A DNA stretch of 37,722 nucleotides from Pelomyxa schiedti (lineage: Eukaryota > Protista > Evosea): NCBI GenBank assembly GCA_020536535.1, contig JAHLWZ010000598.1:1-37722 (forward strand). Reading direction: 5' to 3'. Numbering within the stretch: position 1 is the first letter of the stretch; each line of letters starts with the position of its first letter. The notes below the pieces were generated by a model, which worked only from the letters and a program-made list of their open reading frames with translations, was not told where the DNA came from and did no database searches. The position numbers were made by a program, and so were the translations under genes. Positions 21,201 to 34,407 of this stretch are shown here, piece by piece.

Positions 21201-24200
21201 TCTTCCACTCGTGCTGAAATGGTTGGAACGCTTGTTAACAAGCATTCTTTATGGGATCATTTTATTGCTGAGCTTAACTTTTTCCGGTCTTCTTGGGCAG
21301 CGGTAAGGTAATGCTCACAGGTTCCGCCACAAACCTCAATGACAGGTCCCAGCAGGCTCCCAGGAATACCAAAGTGTGTACTTACCACAGCTCAAGCAGA
21401 GACTATCTTTCCTTGATCTCCTCATGCCTTATGCAACAAAACGTGAGGTATCCATTTTCAGTTTTAAACCAACCCTTCCTAAGCTGCCACTTCATGGCTA
21501 CTTTCCTTGTGGGATTCCCTTTCCACGAGTCCTGCACAACCTGAATGTGATACACTGTTTGACTGGGTTTGCTCCTTGGGAAATCAAAACCTCCCATCTA
21601 CAGTAAGTTTGGCCAGTGTCAAAAGCCTCCTGAAATTCTATAGGTTTGGTGCACTCTAATGCATGACTTGTTTATCCTGAGATGCACAAATGTTTCTCTT
21701 TTCATATCGCGGCATTGCAACAGCTCAAGTGCCTTCAATTGCTTTGGCCTGCTGATGGTGAACGTCAATCGAAATATAGGGAAGCTCGATCTCACACCTA
21801 ATGTATCACCTCTTCCTATCCTTATTCCGTAACATCAAAAAGGGACAAAACTATCAGGTGAGTTGCCATTTTCAAGATTTACTTGGCTATAAGCAGTTAT
21901 GGTCGTGGCTGACACTAAGTAGTGAACCTGCATTAGCATCTCAGATCATCACCTTCCTTACTGAACTGCATTCAACAGTGCCACCAAGAACACAGCAAGC
22001 ACTGCATACTTGCATGGTAACACTTTTTGTAATTGATCAAAGCCCAACCTTTCCGTCAGGATGTCTTGTGTGAAGAAATAGCAGGCAAAGAAAGGGCTGG
22101 ATGGGAGATCAGGGCTGGTAAGGTTGCAGAGACAATCATCCAATTGTTCCCATGTCCGAATTCCCACAAGGCCTCTTTAGCGCAAACGCGACTCCTTGAT
22201 TTCGTGCTGCATGTTTCTACACATACCGAGAAGCAACTCCTCGTTTCACACATTTATGGTACTGCTGCAACCACTCTTGGGGCACTTGAGAAGATGATCT
22301 CTGCTACCCTTGAGAAAAAGGGTTTGACTCATAGCACTGATGTGCTTCACATGCACCTGCACTATGAGAATGGACAGTTGTTGACTGATAGGAGCCGTAC
22401 ACTTGGCGAACTGAGCTTGGATTACCCAACGACAGACCTCTTTGTAACAATAGAGCAGGATGTGGATCCTCGAAGAAAAACACTTCTCCCACCACGAATC
22501 TCTTTTGGAACCCAACAACCTCAACAACCTAAGGGAGAAAAACTTGCTCCTGACAAAGAAGAACAAGTACTTGACTTATCACTGTTCTCTTTCTTACATC
22601 AACTAGGTTCAAACCCTTATGGATGCCCTGGGTACTGAACGAGACTTAGCCATTCATGTTCTCAAAAGGAATTCTTGGAATGTAAATCTCGCTGCTAACC
22701 AACTCAGTGATGATTTCCAACGTTCTTCTGCCGAAAAAGAGTTGGAGCAGCTGAAGAAACCTATCCCAAGTACCCCTTCATCGTCGGAGCCATCAGCTTC
22801 ACATTCATCCTTGAGCACCAATGATGCGGCCAGTCCACAAAAGGAAATCCTACTTATAAGTGCTAAGTACTTCAACGCCATTTTTTCTGTGTTGGATGGG
22901 ACCAACCAAACTCTATGTGACAGTGTGTGGGACATGTTATGTGCCGTTCCTACCCCTCCTGATGTGTTGAAACTTGTGGCAGAACATAAGGTGCAAGTGG
23001 CGGATTTATTACAATGGCCGTCTTCATTACAGACAACATACTACCTTGAGCTGCTTCTGTTGGCTATAAGCAACAACTGTGAAGGAAATTTTGAGGTGGG
23101 GACTACACTACCTGGCAAAGAATGGGTGACCAAGTTCTGTGATCAAGATGGCCTGGGATGTTTGACAGTTTTGCTCCATGGAGAAACTCCATCAAAGGTT
23201 ATGTCATGGAGTGATACTGAAATGCATTATGTTTCATTGGTGTTACAAATTCTTGCCCACTGCTTGAATATTGTGACCACCGACGAAATAGAGAGTGTGG
23301 GCTTTGATTTGCGCAAGGTATTTGCGTTTGCATGTGATTCCGTAGCTGGCATCTTCTGTGATCAAAGAGAAACAACCCCCAAGGACCATAGCGGATACAG
23401 TGATTATGAAGAGGAACTGGTGGAGGCATGTCTTTCTATTGCACTTTCTTGTGTTCGACACCACGGGGCTTTTGTTTCTCTCCTTCCAGAAAATCTTTTA
23501 ACGCCTAAAGTGTTGCATAATGCTGTTACATGCAGAAATGTCGTAATTTCTTGTGTGTACTGTGGTGTGATGGAACAACTTCTCAAAGTCACGAACACTA
23601 CTGCGGAGACAGTTAAAGATGTTACAAAACGACTTGTTTTGTATGCCCAGCAGGACTCTGTAAATAAGCATGGCTTTCTACTGTTATCTAGCTTACTATC
23701 AATGAGCTTTACGAGTCAAATTGCCGATCCAGACGAAAATATTGACCTTGCATTGATGCTAGCCGAAAAGTTGCAGTCAGCAACTCTCAAAACCGGCGGT
23801 AGTGGAGGGGATGTTGGCCTTTTGGTGTTGCTGAAGACACTCCTACAAGCAAGTGAAACAATAAAAATGGTGTTGTGTGAAGAGTGGACAGAGAGACCAT
23901 CACTGCTAAAAATTTTGTTTAACAATCTGTTTATAGCCGATTCCAATGCAGCCCACCATTGGGAAAGTGCCAACTTACGCACTATAGCATACTCAGTACT
24001 CCTAGAATTATGTAAAAACAGTCAGGAAAACTTCACCTCTTTGCTTGGGATGATTAAGACACAAAATACTTTTGGGTACATTGTATTTTTCTAGAAGTTG
24101 CTCATCATTTGACAGAGAGCCAAGGGGATGGGATCACTATCCACCTGAAAGTCGTGCTCCAGCGTCTTATGCAGGGCTTGTGAATCATAGTCAAGAAAGC

Positions 24201-27200
24201 CATATAAATTCAGTTGTTCAGCAACTTTTCATGATTCCCCATCTTCGTAAGATGGTGAATGCAATTCCTGTGACAAAAAACCCTATCAGTCACCTTCAAG
24301 GCACAAGTGTTGTTGAACAGCTGCAACTTCTGTTTTCCAAGCTGGAATTCAGTGATGTGCAAGTGTGCGACGCAGCCGAGCTTGGAAGTGCTTATAGTGT
24401 AGCAGTTTTCAATAGCATAAGCAACAATTTGGACAGTGTACCCAACGAACCACATGAATTCTATAAAGGTATCATCGACCGAGTTGTATCTTGTGGTCAG
24501 CAAACCAATTTGGCGCAAATCTTTACCAACTTCTTCACTGCATCAATAAAAACAACTTATGTACAACATCAGAGCTCAAGTCTATCAATGCATACCGTCC
24601 TTTCACTTCACATCCCACCACAGTTGCCCCCATCAGGGATTCACACCTTGGAAAGTATTCTAACCGCATCTATCACTGGCCTTGCGGTTCCAGGAAAAAC
24701 CTCTGTTCTTCATGGCATCCCTCATACACTTGTGATGCACTTGAAACGCTTTGATCTGAATCTAGTTACTCGGACTTATGTAAAAAATTCTGAACTTGTT
24801 GAATTGCCAGCAACACTCAATTTGCAAAACTGGACAAATGCAAACACATCATACGACTATCAACTGGTTGGTGTGATAGTGCACTCAGGAACTTGGGAAA
24901 GTGGGCACTATAAGTCATATATTCTTGAAAGATCAAGTTGCGTTTGGTACGAATTTAATGATGAAATTGTGACGCATGTCCCAGTGGTACGTACTCCCAA
25001 ACACTTCCCCTGTTTCACTTTAAAAGGGCAAACTGCCTTGGAACACCAAGAACCAAAAGGAATGTGTTGACACAATATTATATGAGAGAAAGGTTTGCTT
25101 TCTTTGCGCCCCAGTGTTTTTAATCCCTTTAGAACTTGCTATCAATGGATATTCAAAATATACTCTCCATGTCCGGTGCGGACCCACATACCACTTCAAT
25201 TGGTGTTCCCGAAAAGATTTATCGGTATGGACGTTATTCTGGATACCTGCAATTCACTCCACTAAGAGAAATTATGGAAGACAATCAACTTATGAGAGTG
25301 GACAGGCTACTCTATTCAGATCAGTACTTCCGCTTCTTATATGAGTTGTGTTGTATCCCTCACTCCTACAAATTTGATGGTATTTTTATTATGTCCCTTC
25401 ACGAATATGACACTCTTCAGTCCCAACTCTTCAGGAAACCGTGAAGCTTGCTAGTACAACCGTGATTGAATTTCTTTCGCACGCAAAGCAACGGCAGTCA
25501 TTATGCCATTGGATCAATTTACTACAATTACTGATGGCAGCCAGTCCTGTATGGGAGCTAATCAGCAAATGGGAAAGTTAACAAAAACTACAGGATACCT
25601 TGGTGGAATTTTCTACATACATAAGAAAGCCTGCTTTGATTAAAGATATTCTCTTAAACTGCCCTGATGAAGTGGTATGTGGTTCTAATGAAGGCCCAAC
25701 TTACACCTCCAGGAACGAATCCGATTTGTGGACTTACTTGCTGGAATGATTAAAACTTTGTCGGCATTTGGCAATTTGGATGAAGAAGCCAAAACAAAAG
25801 AACATGTACTGAAGAGATTAACACTTGTAAAATGACTCACCATGCAAAAGGGGAGAGCAACTATCTTTTTCATGGACAATCTGTTTTCTTTGGTAATTCT
25901 AGAGTACTTTTTATTGCCCTGACGCCTCTTATATTAGCTCGAAGTGTCACGTGAATCCTGGAAGCGATCCAAACAGTATTTTGAATTACCGCTCATTTTC
26001 GCTTCAATGGGTTTCCTTCAGGCATCCAAAATTTAGTATCACCTTGAACTCACAATGTGCAGAGGGCATATCTTATGCAAAACGGAATAGTATCTAAGTA
26101 TGTAGACTACATTCTTGGAGATTCTCCACCCCCAGTATAGTTTCCTTTTTTTTTTTTTCTATTGACCTCACATAGATAAATAACCGTATTACGTACCGTG
26201 TCAATATCTGGGACAACCAAAATATGGCCGATCTGCGCGATTTGTTGGCAACTCTTTCCTTACTTGTGCGTGGTTGTTTTCAAGGCCCTGATCGGGATGC
26301 AATGACCCCGTACAGCCTAGTACAGTTTTCATCCCTTTTTCACTAGTTAACTTCCAACCAGAAGGAACCTCTCTTGTCCCCTGACGGACTCTCTCCTCTC
26401 TGGAGTCATGTATGTAAACTCTTTTTCCCCCCTCCATCTGCTCACAAATTCAGAGATTCATCAGCCAACTTCTGATGCACGACTTTGCGGTGCAAGTACT
26501 TTCTGAAATATTTGTACACATGTGCTGGAATGACCCAGGGTTTTCATCTTACGTAAATTTCCTTCTTTTGTCCTGTCTAAGTGACAATGCTACCCTTACG
26601 TCTGTGTCCAATTTTCATGGTACCTTATCATCATCTCTTCTGCTGTAACACTTTTGAAGTTGTTATCAAAAATGTGCTTCTTGTGTCTGACGATCTGCAT
26701 TCCGACAGAGTCCAAACTCTCCTGTCTCCTTTTGTTTCTCCATTGCCAACAACACCTCCGCATTCCAACCAGCTTCACAATACTAATGTTAAGGGGATAC
26801 TTGCCCTACTGCGAACACTTTCTTCCACTTTACCTGATCTCTGCATTTTACACTGCATGTTTTTACTACACATGGCAGAGTCTTGTGCTTCTATATTCCA
26901 ATTTTTGTCACGGAATCACGGGGAACTGCTGTGGATGGAATCATTCCTTGGAACTTACATAAGGTTCTGCACTTTACTTTATAAATCTACAATCTTATTG
27001 AACGCAGCAAGCACTGCCGTTCAGGGTCTCTCGGGCTGATTAAAAGTCACATTGAATCTCTTTCCACAGATGCAGTACCCCCCCCACCTGTTCCACCTCC
27101 AGCCTCGGTTATTGTGGCCATACCACCTCCACCACCCCTCCCAGATTCCCTGGATAGCTGCGTGGAGGGCAAAACCGACATGATATCGAGAACTGCCATT

Positions 27201-28533
27201 CAGTGCCTCCTTTCCATGCACAAATTCAACCTGTCTGGCAAGGTATTTCTCCGACCACTTTTTACCTCTGACGTGGTGCAAGAATGTGGAGTATACACCA
27301 GAAGAAAAGAAGTTATCAGATCAATTAGAGCAGCTTCGGTGCCAACTTCTTTATATGACGCGAGCAACTAGCATTGGAATTCCTATGTATGGTGCCAGCC
27401 TCAGATGGATTGAGTGTGTCACTTCCAAAGAATTAATTTCTCATCCAACATTTGACTAACAGCCAAAAAGGTTCACGAAGAAGATCGGTACAGCTATTCC
27501 TACGCCAAGTCCAAGCAGTGTACAGCAACAACAGACTCATGTGTTTCCACCAAAGCCACCTGTGAAGGCACCAATGCCCCCGCACCCATCAGCACCCGCA
27601 CCACTGCCCCCACAAATGTCAACAGCAGCGCTACCTCGACCCTCTTCTCAACCAAGGGAACTGCTTGACCGAATGGCTCAAATTGATTCTGACCTCAGCA
27701 GTGGATGGGTCTTGCTTGGTAAAAGTGCTGAAGATTACGACCTCGATTCTGAAGAAGTGGAGGCCGAGAGGCGTGAATTTGCACTGCGGGAGGCGGACCG
27801 TGAACTCCAACAGGAAATCCTCATCAATCGAGAACCCGAGGGAATTCTTCAGCAGCCCCAACAATCACAGCCACAACAACAGCCCGCAGTAACCCAGAAC
27901 AACCAACACAACCGCGGAAGTGCCGGCCGGGCCACGCCAACCAGCACCGCACCCATGGACGAGGAAACCGGCCTCATCAGCAGCAGCGGTGATGACACTG
28001 AAGATATTACCAATGCCGCGGCAGCCGCTTCTGAAGAAGATGATGATGAAGAAAACGGCGGCAACAGCGGCGATGTAGAGGACACAGCGATGGACAACGA
28101 AGGGGAGGTTTTCACCAGAGTGAGGCACAACACCAACAACAAGAACAAGAGGGCCCGGCCCAGCCGGCCGCAGATAGTTGCCGGTTCAATGCTAGCCACA
28201 GAACAGCAGCCAGGATACATATCAGCCCCGGAAGATGCTGCATCCCTAGTGGCTTCCATGAAGGAAGTGTTCCCGCAGCTGACCGATTCCATGGCCCGCA
28301 AGGTTCTTGATGACTACTCATGGAACCTAGAGTATGCCCTAGCATCCCCCTACCTTGAACAACTGTCCCAGCAACAAACAACACCAACAAGTTCAACAAC
28401 AACCCAATCACAACCCTCACCATCGTCATCGAACTCAACAACATCAACAACAACAACAACCACCAACACCGGCGCACCACCATCAACCGAGACTGAGGCC
28501 GATTTCCCGCACCCATCACTGTCTGAGGCTTAA
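18300..28533 (+). CDS. Large USP9X/USP24/USP34-like peptidase C19 family protein, predicted pseudo-DUB; ubiquitin-like, UBA-like and C-terminal CUE-like domains; many introns
   Basis: Cys box GLVNHSQESHINSVVQQLFMIP, HLKRFD, His box YQLVGVIVHSGTWESGHYKSYI, WYEFNDE; IMEDNQL post-catalytic motif; UBA-like about 22610-22710; CUE-like MKEVFPQL..ARKVLDDYSWNLEYAL. Confidence 0.85.
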
Positions 28534-28812
28534 TTCTGATGACGCTGCCTGCAAGAATTAGCGGAACATGTTTTTTCTTCTTGTTGTTTTTGTTTTTTGA
28601 AACAAAGGACAACGGTATTATGGGCAAGCGTTGTTTACAGAGATGGTAATTGTGAGTGTTTTTCTTAGGGCTTGTTGTAGTTCACTCCTATTCAATAATC
28701 ACACTGGGGTGAATACTCATAACGATAAATTCACCTTGCTAAATCATTAAGCAAAAGCAAAAGCAACACAAAACATGAAAAAAAAAACCAAATTGAAGCG
28801 AATAGTAAAACG

Positions 28813-30695
28813 ATGGTTACTTTATACTTTATTATTGTATTGTAGGCATACCCCCATTTAAATTGACTCAATTCTGATCACACTCCTTTATTTAGATTTG
28901 AATTGGTGCAATGTAGCGACCCTTTTGGGTTCAGTATCCCCCCTCCGCATTTATCTAGTCAGTGGCCACCATATGACCCAGTAAATTGGCCCCAACAATG
29001 GCCTGGATTGAACCTGAGCCTCTCATCTGGTGCTCAGAGAAACACAATTGCCTATGCAAACTTTGCTTGGGTGACTGGGAACCTCTGTGCAGACACTTTT
29101 TTGCCACCTGGAAAAGTGGCTGATATTTACGGCTTTCAGTATTTGAGGGATGGCACTCCAAGCGGGTATTGTTTTGCCAGAATAAATTTGAAATGCAACT
29201 TTTCCAACAAGGTTAGGACATAACTCCGCATTTGCGATGGCAATATCTGCTATTGTTCTGAACAACCTCACCACAACGCAACTTGGTTGGCTTAAGGAGT
29301 TGGCCAATCTTGAAGTTAGTTACCTCAATGACACTGTCATAAGCAGACAGCCATTCCAGGGGGCACTGCGGTCATATCTGGAAAATCCTTCCTTGGGTCT
29401 GGACTACGAAAAAGTTATCGAATATGCTGCAAGTATGTTGACAACCCTTTCTTTTCTCCAGTCACCCAGTATAGAAATGTGGGATAGTGACGCCAATCTG
29501 ACATTGCTCCGTGGGGAGTATTACGGAAAGGTTATCAGGGACCTTTCGCCAGTGCAGATTGCCTACTGGAACACTTGGTACAACTACACAATTTGGACCT
29601 TCCCTAACATTAATGTTCTGATGGACAATGTAAGGAGGGTAAGCAAATATTCACCTGATGCTTAACATACATTAGATACACACCATTTTGAATGGCCTTA
29701 CGAATGACCAAAGTGTTGAAGTGCAGACGTTTGCTGATGATATATTTGTTCAAGTCACCCAACCAATTTACGGAGATGTTTATTGGGCTCCAGAACGAGT
29801 CTCAGACTACTTTGGTGCATTTTATCTCAAAGACTTGTGAGTTCCACTTTCTTTCTTTTCCTTTTTTTGTTTTTTTTCACAACACTCAACTGAATACCGA
29901 AAGGGGAGTTGTTGGAGTTCCAAATTACACCATTAGTGTAAATGCAACTTTAAACGGAGGTGAACTGTTCCTTGATGTTGCCGGGCCCGATGCCAAAAAG
30001 CAAATAAACGATGTAACCACCATGGAGACCACATGGCTTTATGACTGGGTAACTGTGAGAACCATGTGTGTAGCCACTTTCCCAAATACAACCGGCAGTA
30101 ATATTTGTCAATCCACAGGGTTGCTACAGAGTTGCGGAAGTGGCACACACATGGGAATATAAACCAAACCTATGTATGTATCAACCAATGTTTGATATCA
30201 AAAAAAACAAACACCACTCATGCACAGGTAAGGGAGTACTTGCACCTAAATGGAATGTATGATGGCATGATAGCGTACCTCTATGCTAAAGCATTCACTG
30301 ACATCGGTTTGGGGCTGAATTCCACACAAATGTCAAGCCTCCAGGCCAACAGGGAACCACCCTTCGATATCACTGTGAGTCTTGCGCTATTATGAAATTT
30401 ATGACTAACCAATTTATCACAGGTGTGCTACACAACCGGAGGTGCTTTTTTCTTTGCCGAACTCAAATTTGATGAGCCGCAAGTCGGGAACCCACCTCTG
30501 GATTTATTCAATGACTCCACAACATCCCAGGATTCACTTGGTACTTCCCCCACTTTGTTTCATGAACTTCCTTTCATCTCACAATACCCAGTAGAATCGT
30601 GGGATTCTTCGGCTGTATCTGCTGGTTTTACAACGGAGCCCGCTGTTGTCTTGTTTCTGCTGTTATTTGCAATTAAAACTTTGGCGTGTGTTTAG
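28813..30695 (+). CDS. Secreted, probably GPI-anchored hypothetical protein, multi-exon
   Basis: Hydrophobic N-terminus MVTLYFIIVL; core ADTFLPPGKVADIYGFQYLRDGTPSGLGHN; many N-x-S/T sequons; small-residue stretch plus hydrophobic C-terminal tail. Confidence 0.7.
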
Positions 30696-30973
30696 TAAAA
30701 GCTGGAACGCTTTCATGCTAAGAAATTGAATTTGTTTTACTTTATAAAAAACTGTCACGAAGCAAAGGAATATCTGCCCGAGACAGCACCACGCTTTGCG
30801 GGTGAAAACCGTTGAAGAGTGAGGTCTTGCGACCACCGAATTGTTCAAACGGATAATTGGTGAATTCTTCATAATCCACTGCGGGCGATTAAAAACACAG
30901 CCTCAGAGGTCAGGAATTGTGGGAGAGACGGTTCTGAACTTCCCTGAATCAGATTCGTTCTTCGATCGAAAAG

Positions 30974-33108
30974 ATGATGCGAGACGGTACGGTGGGTGTG
31001 TTTGGGCCGCCTGGCGTTGGCAAAACTGCCCTCGCTGAGTCGTACGTTGTTTGTTTACAGAATATCAAATATATTGTTTCCCATGATTTGGCTGCGCTGT
31101 ACACTGCACATGGGCAAGTTGCCGAACCACTTCACAGGTTTGTTTGTGGACATTGGCGTCCGGAAGAGTACGATGGAAGTCTGGAAATCACTGTGTGAAA
31201 TATTTTTTATTTGGATATTTTCTTTTGCAGACTGATGGCAACCAGTTCAGAAGGCAAGTTTCTACCGATGGAGAAAAATTCGCCCTGGATATCATTGACT
31301 GGTGTGGAATGTAATTTTGGAAATTTTGATTAAACACAGCTGAAGTTCACGGGAGGATTATTCTAGGATGCAAGATGCACTGTACCTTGTCTTTCCTGTA
31401 AAAGTGCTCTGAGATTCACCTCCCTCTCCATCAGAATTAGCAAAGCAAATATTATTCTGTTGTGCTTTTCACTTGCGGATAGAAGAACCTTTGAGGAAGC
31501 GGTAGAAATGGACTTCCAGCGCATCAGAAGAAGCTCAGAGGTAGTAGTAACAGTAAATTCTGAACACTTCTTATCAGGTGTTTTTAGGAGACAATAATAC
31601 TTCTAGTTGGCCTCAAGATGGATCTCGTGACTGAGGTGAAGAAATCTTTCATAATTGAGCACTTATTTTATTGCAGGTTCCAGGCTCCTGCGTGACTTTC
31701 CAAGAAGGTGTTTCAGCAGCAACCGAAATCAAGGCGTATGGTTACTTTCAATGCAGGTTGGTCTTGAATGTTCATCCCGTTTTGTAATTTTTGAAAAAGT
31801 TCCAAAACATATGTTGGACTAGACGCCCTTTTTGAGGAAGTATGCAGGGCTGGAAAGTTTTCTGGTTCTGGCTCTGGAACCACCCACCCCAAAAAGTCTG
31901 GCTTATTTGGCTGGTTCTCAAAGAAGCCGAAGAGCATTTCCTCAGAAAGGTGAGACTGCTTTCTTTCTGTTTCACTTATTTGCTGCAGTAACAGCCTTGT
32001 ACAAATACCAACAGCCACGATTATTCAACCAGTGGTTTCTCTGATCCCAAATGACATATGGTTGCGTATGCGATGAACAAATAACTAAACACTGACAGTT
32101 AATAAAAAATCAGTTGTTCTGGATTACCTTGATTTTGTGGCACTCATCCGGATTTGCCGCACATGCAAACAATTCTACCACCTTGCAAAAATTGTCTTTC
32201 CAGGGGCGATGAGCAGGCCATACAATTACTGTGGTTGCCTGAAGGTTCCCTGCTGGAAGAATAACTCCTTTACATGGGCACCGGCGAAGCGGTTCCATGA
32301 ATACACATATTCTCCCGTTTCCAGTCTATCTTCCAGCCACCGCAGGGTATCGCTTTTCTTCTCCATTTATTTTCCTGCGAACTCACAACTTTTCAGTCTA
32401 GTTCGGACGACCGCACTGTCTGCTTTGGGCCGGATTGCACTATTTTGATGTCAAGTGGAAATCTCTGCCCCATCAAACACCTCCGCGTTGGTGACAGTGT
32501 TCTTGCGTACTACTATGATGTCTGCGACACAGCACCGGCGGTTGTTCAGTGCATTTGGAAGTGTGCAGTCAACTGTGTGTTTTCCGAAGTAGATCTAACT
32601 TTTTGCACCCAAACACAACAGGTGCCCAGTTCGAAAACCAATTCCGATGGTTGTCATTGTCCAAAAATCAACCACCACAGATGCGGTTCTTGAACTCACG
32701 CCTGATCACCCCATTCTCCTTCTCCATCACAATCAACAGTCATTGTGGGAACAACAAAGTCCTCATTCCCATCCCAAAAGCAACAATCAACCAGAATCCG
32801 AAACCAACCTGACAATCACAAACCAGTGGTGCCTTCCAACCACCCTGTGCCGACCACACATGGTTCGCATGGGATACGTCTACAACTTGGTACTTGAATC
32901 ACACCAAGGTGCTGTCATAGTACCGGCACAATCTCGTGACAATGAACGAGGAGGTGGTACACAATTCAGTGGGCCTGAATCTGTTGCATGTTGCGCACTT
33001 GGCATGAGTGTGCCAGGGCACCCTGATGATTGGTGGGGAACACACAAGGTCATTCAGTGGCTGGAATCCAGGCCTGATTTCCCTTATGTCACATCGCCCC
33101 CTCCCTGA
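30974..33108 (+). CDS. Rho/Ras-like GTPase - F-box - Hint (Vint-type) fusion protein, multi-exon
   Basis: G1 GPPGVGKT, G3 DIIDWCG, G4 VGLKMDL, G5 YFQCSSKT; F-box LIPNDIWLLVLDYLDFVALIRICRTCKQFYHLA; Hint CFGPDCTILMSSG, IKHLRVGDSV, LTPDHPIL, VYNLVLE, CCALG...WWGTHKVIQWL. Confidence 0.85.
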
Positions 33109-33335
33109 ATAGAATGATTGGCCCAAAATTTTGTCCTCTCCAAGGAGCTCCGGAATCAAAATCCGGGTCTTCCTGTAAAAAAGAAGATTTCAGTGAATCG
33201 AACGACGAAGTTGAAAGATCACATCCAGTAATGGTCTTGAAATGCATGTGCAGGTGTGTTATTGGTGATTGATGTCCAAGAGCTCCTTTTCTATTTTATC
33301 CTACAACAAACGGAAAAACGAAGTGACGTAAAGGC

Positions 33336-34246
33336 ATGCAACCAAACAATGTTTGTGGGTTTCTTCCCCTTGCCCTTGTACTCCTGCTTGGGGATGCTGT
33401 GACAGGACAGGCTGTGAATGGTTACTACATCCGAAACAGTGACAATTGGCTTGTGCACATCACGGACCTCAGCAACCCTGCCGGCACTCAAATTTGCAAA
33501 GTGAGTGGCCTGTTTTTTGCTGGTGTGTTCTTATCTGGACTCTTCTCACCACACACACACACACCATAATAACCTGTCTCCGTCCAGGAGACTTCAAGAG
33601 CGGCCAAACAGACAAGATCTACGCAATCAAGTACACGGACAACACCCTGCACACCATCTCCACGACGGACTGCGCAGACACCCCGATCGGGCCCACAGCA
33701 GATGCCGAGCTCGTGTACTCCACAGGCATGACGTGGACCGAGGCAGGCACGATGTACGTCACGTTCGCGGACTGGGCCGACCCCACGACCTTCCACGAGG
33801 GCACCGTCGACACGGGCACGGGCCATTACAGCGAGTACGTGACGGGGATGTGGCCCCAGCAGCTGCTCGACATCGCGTTCGACGACATCCCGGCGACGCC
33901 GGGCCAGGCGGGCGTGTACCACCTCGCGGCCGAGGGCGCCGGGCTGTTCACGTGGCACGTGGGCGCGTGGGAGGCCGAGCCGCTGCCGGGGGCGTCGGAC
34001 CCCGTCGCGTTCGCGGGGGGCGCGGCGCCCGGGGGCATGTCGCACGACCCGACGACGGGCAAGCTGCTGGCCATCGGCGTCGACTCGGGGACGGGGAGGG
34101 AGCAGCTGCTGGAGATCGACAGGAGCACCGGCGCCGTGGCCAAGAGGTACACCAGCATGGCGGCGTCCAACGCCGCGTGCTTGTGCTTCGGTGCTGTTGT
34201 CGCGACCCCCCACTCGGCCGAGTGCATCGCCCGGCCAAAGTCGTAG
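33336..34246 (+). CDS. Secreted beta-propeller-like hypothetical protein, one probable intron near 33500-33590
   Basis: Signal peptide FLPLALVLLLG; blade-like motifs GMTWTEAGTMYV, DIAFDD, GMSHDPTTGKLLAI, LLEIDRSTGA. Confidence 0.65.
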
Positions 34247-34407
34247 TTTTTTTTAAACCAATTGAAATCGAACCAGCGAAAGGACTCGAGAATGGTTTCT
34301 CAGTATCTCAAATTACATCGATTCACGCAGTGGATTTCCAATAACAAGTTGAGCTTTAGCAGCAGCAGAACTTCGTGCCCTCCTCCCGCTGCTGTGCCTG
34401 CTTGTTT

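Noticed and set aside
32421-33060. Canonical protein-splicing intein or homing element
   Set aside because: No His-Asn followed by Cys/Ser/Thr, no C-extein and no endonuclease; fits a cleavage-type Hint
33488-34344. Several long overlapping ORFs
   Set aside because: High-GC shadow frames with Arg/Gly-rich translations
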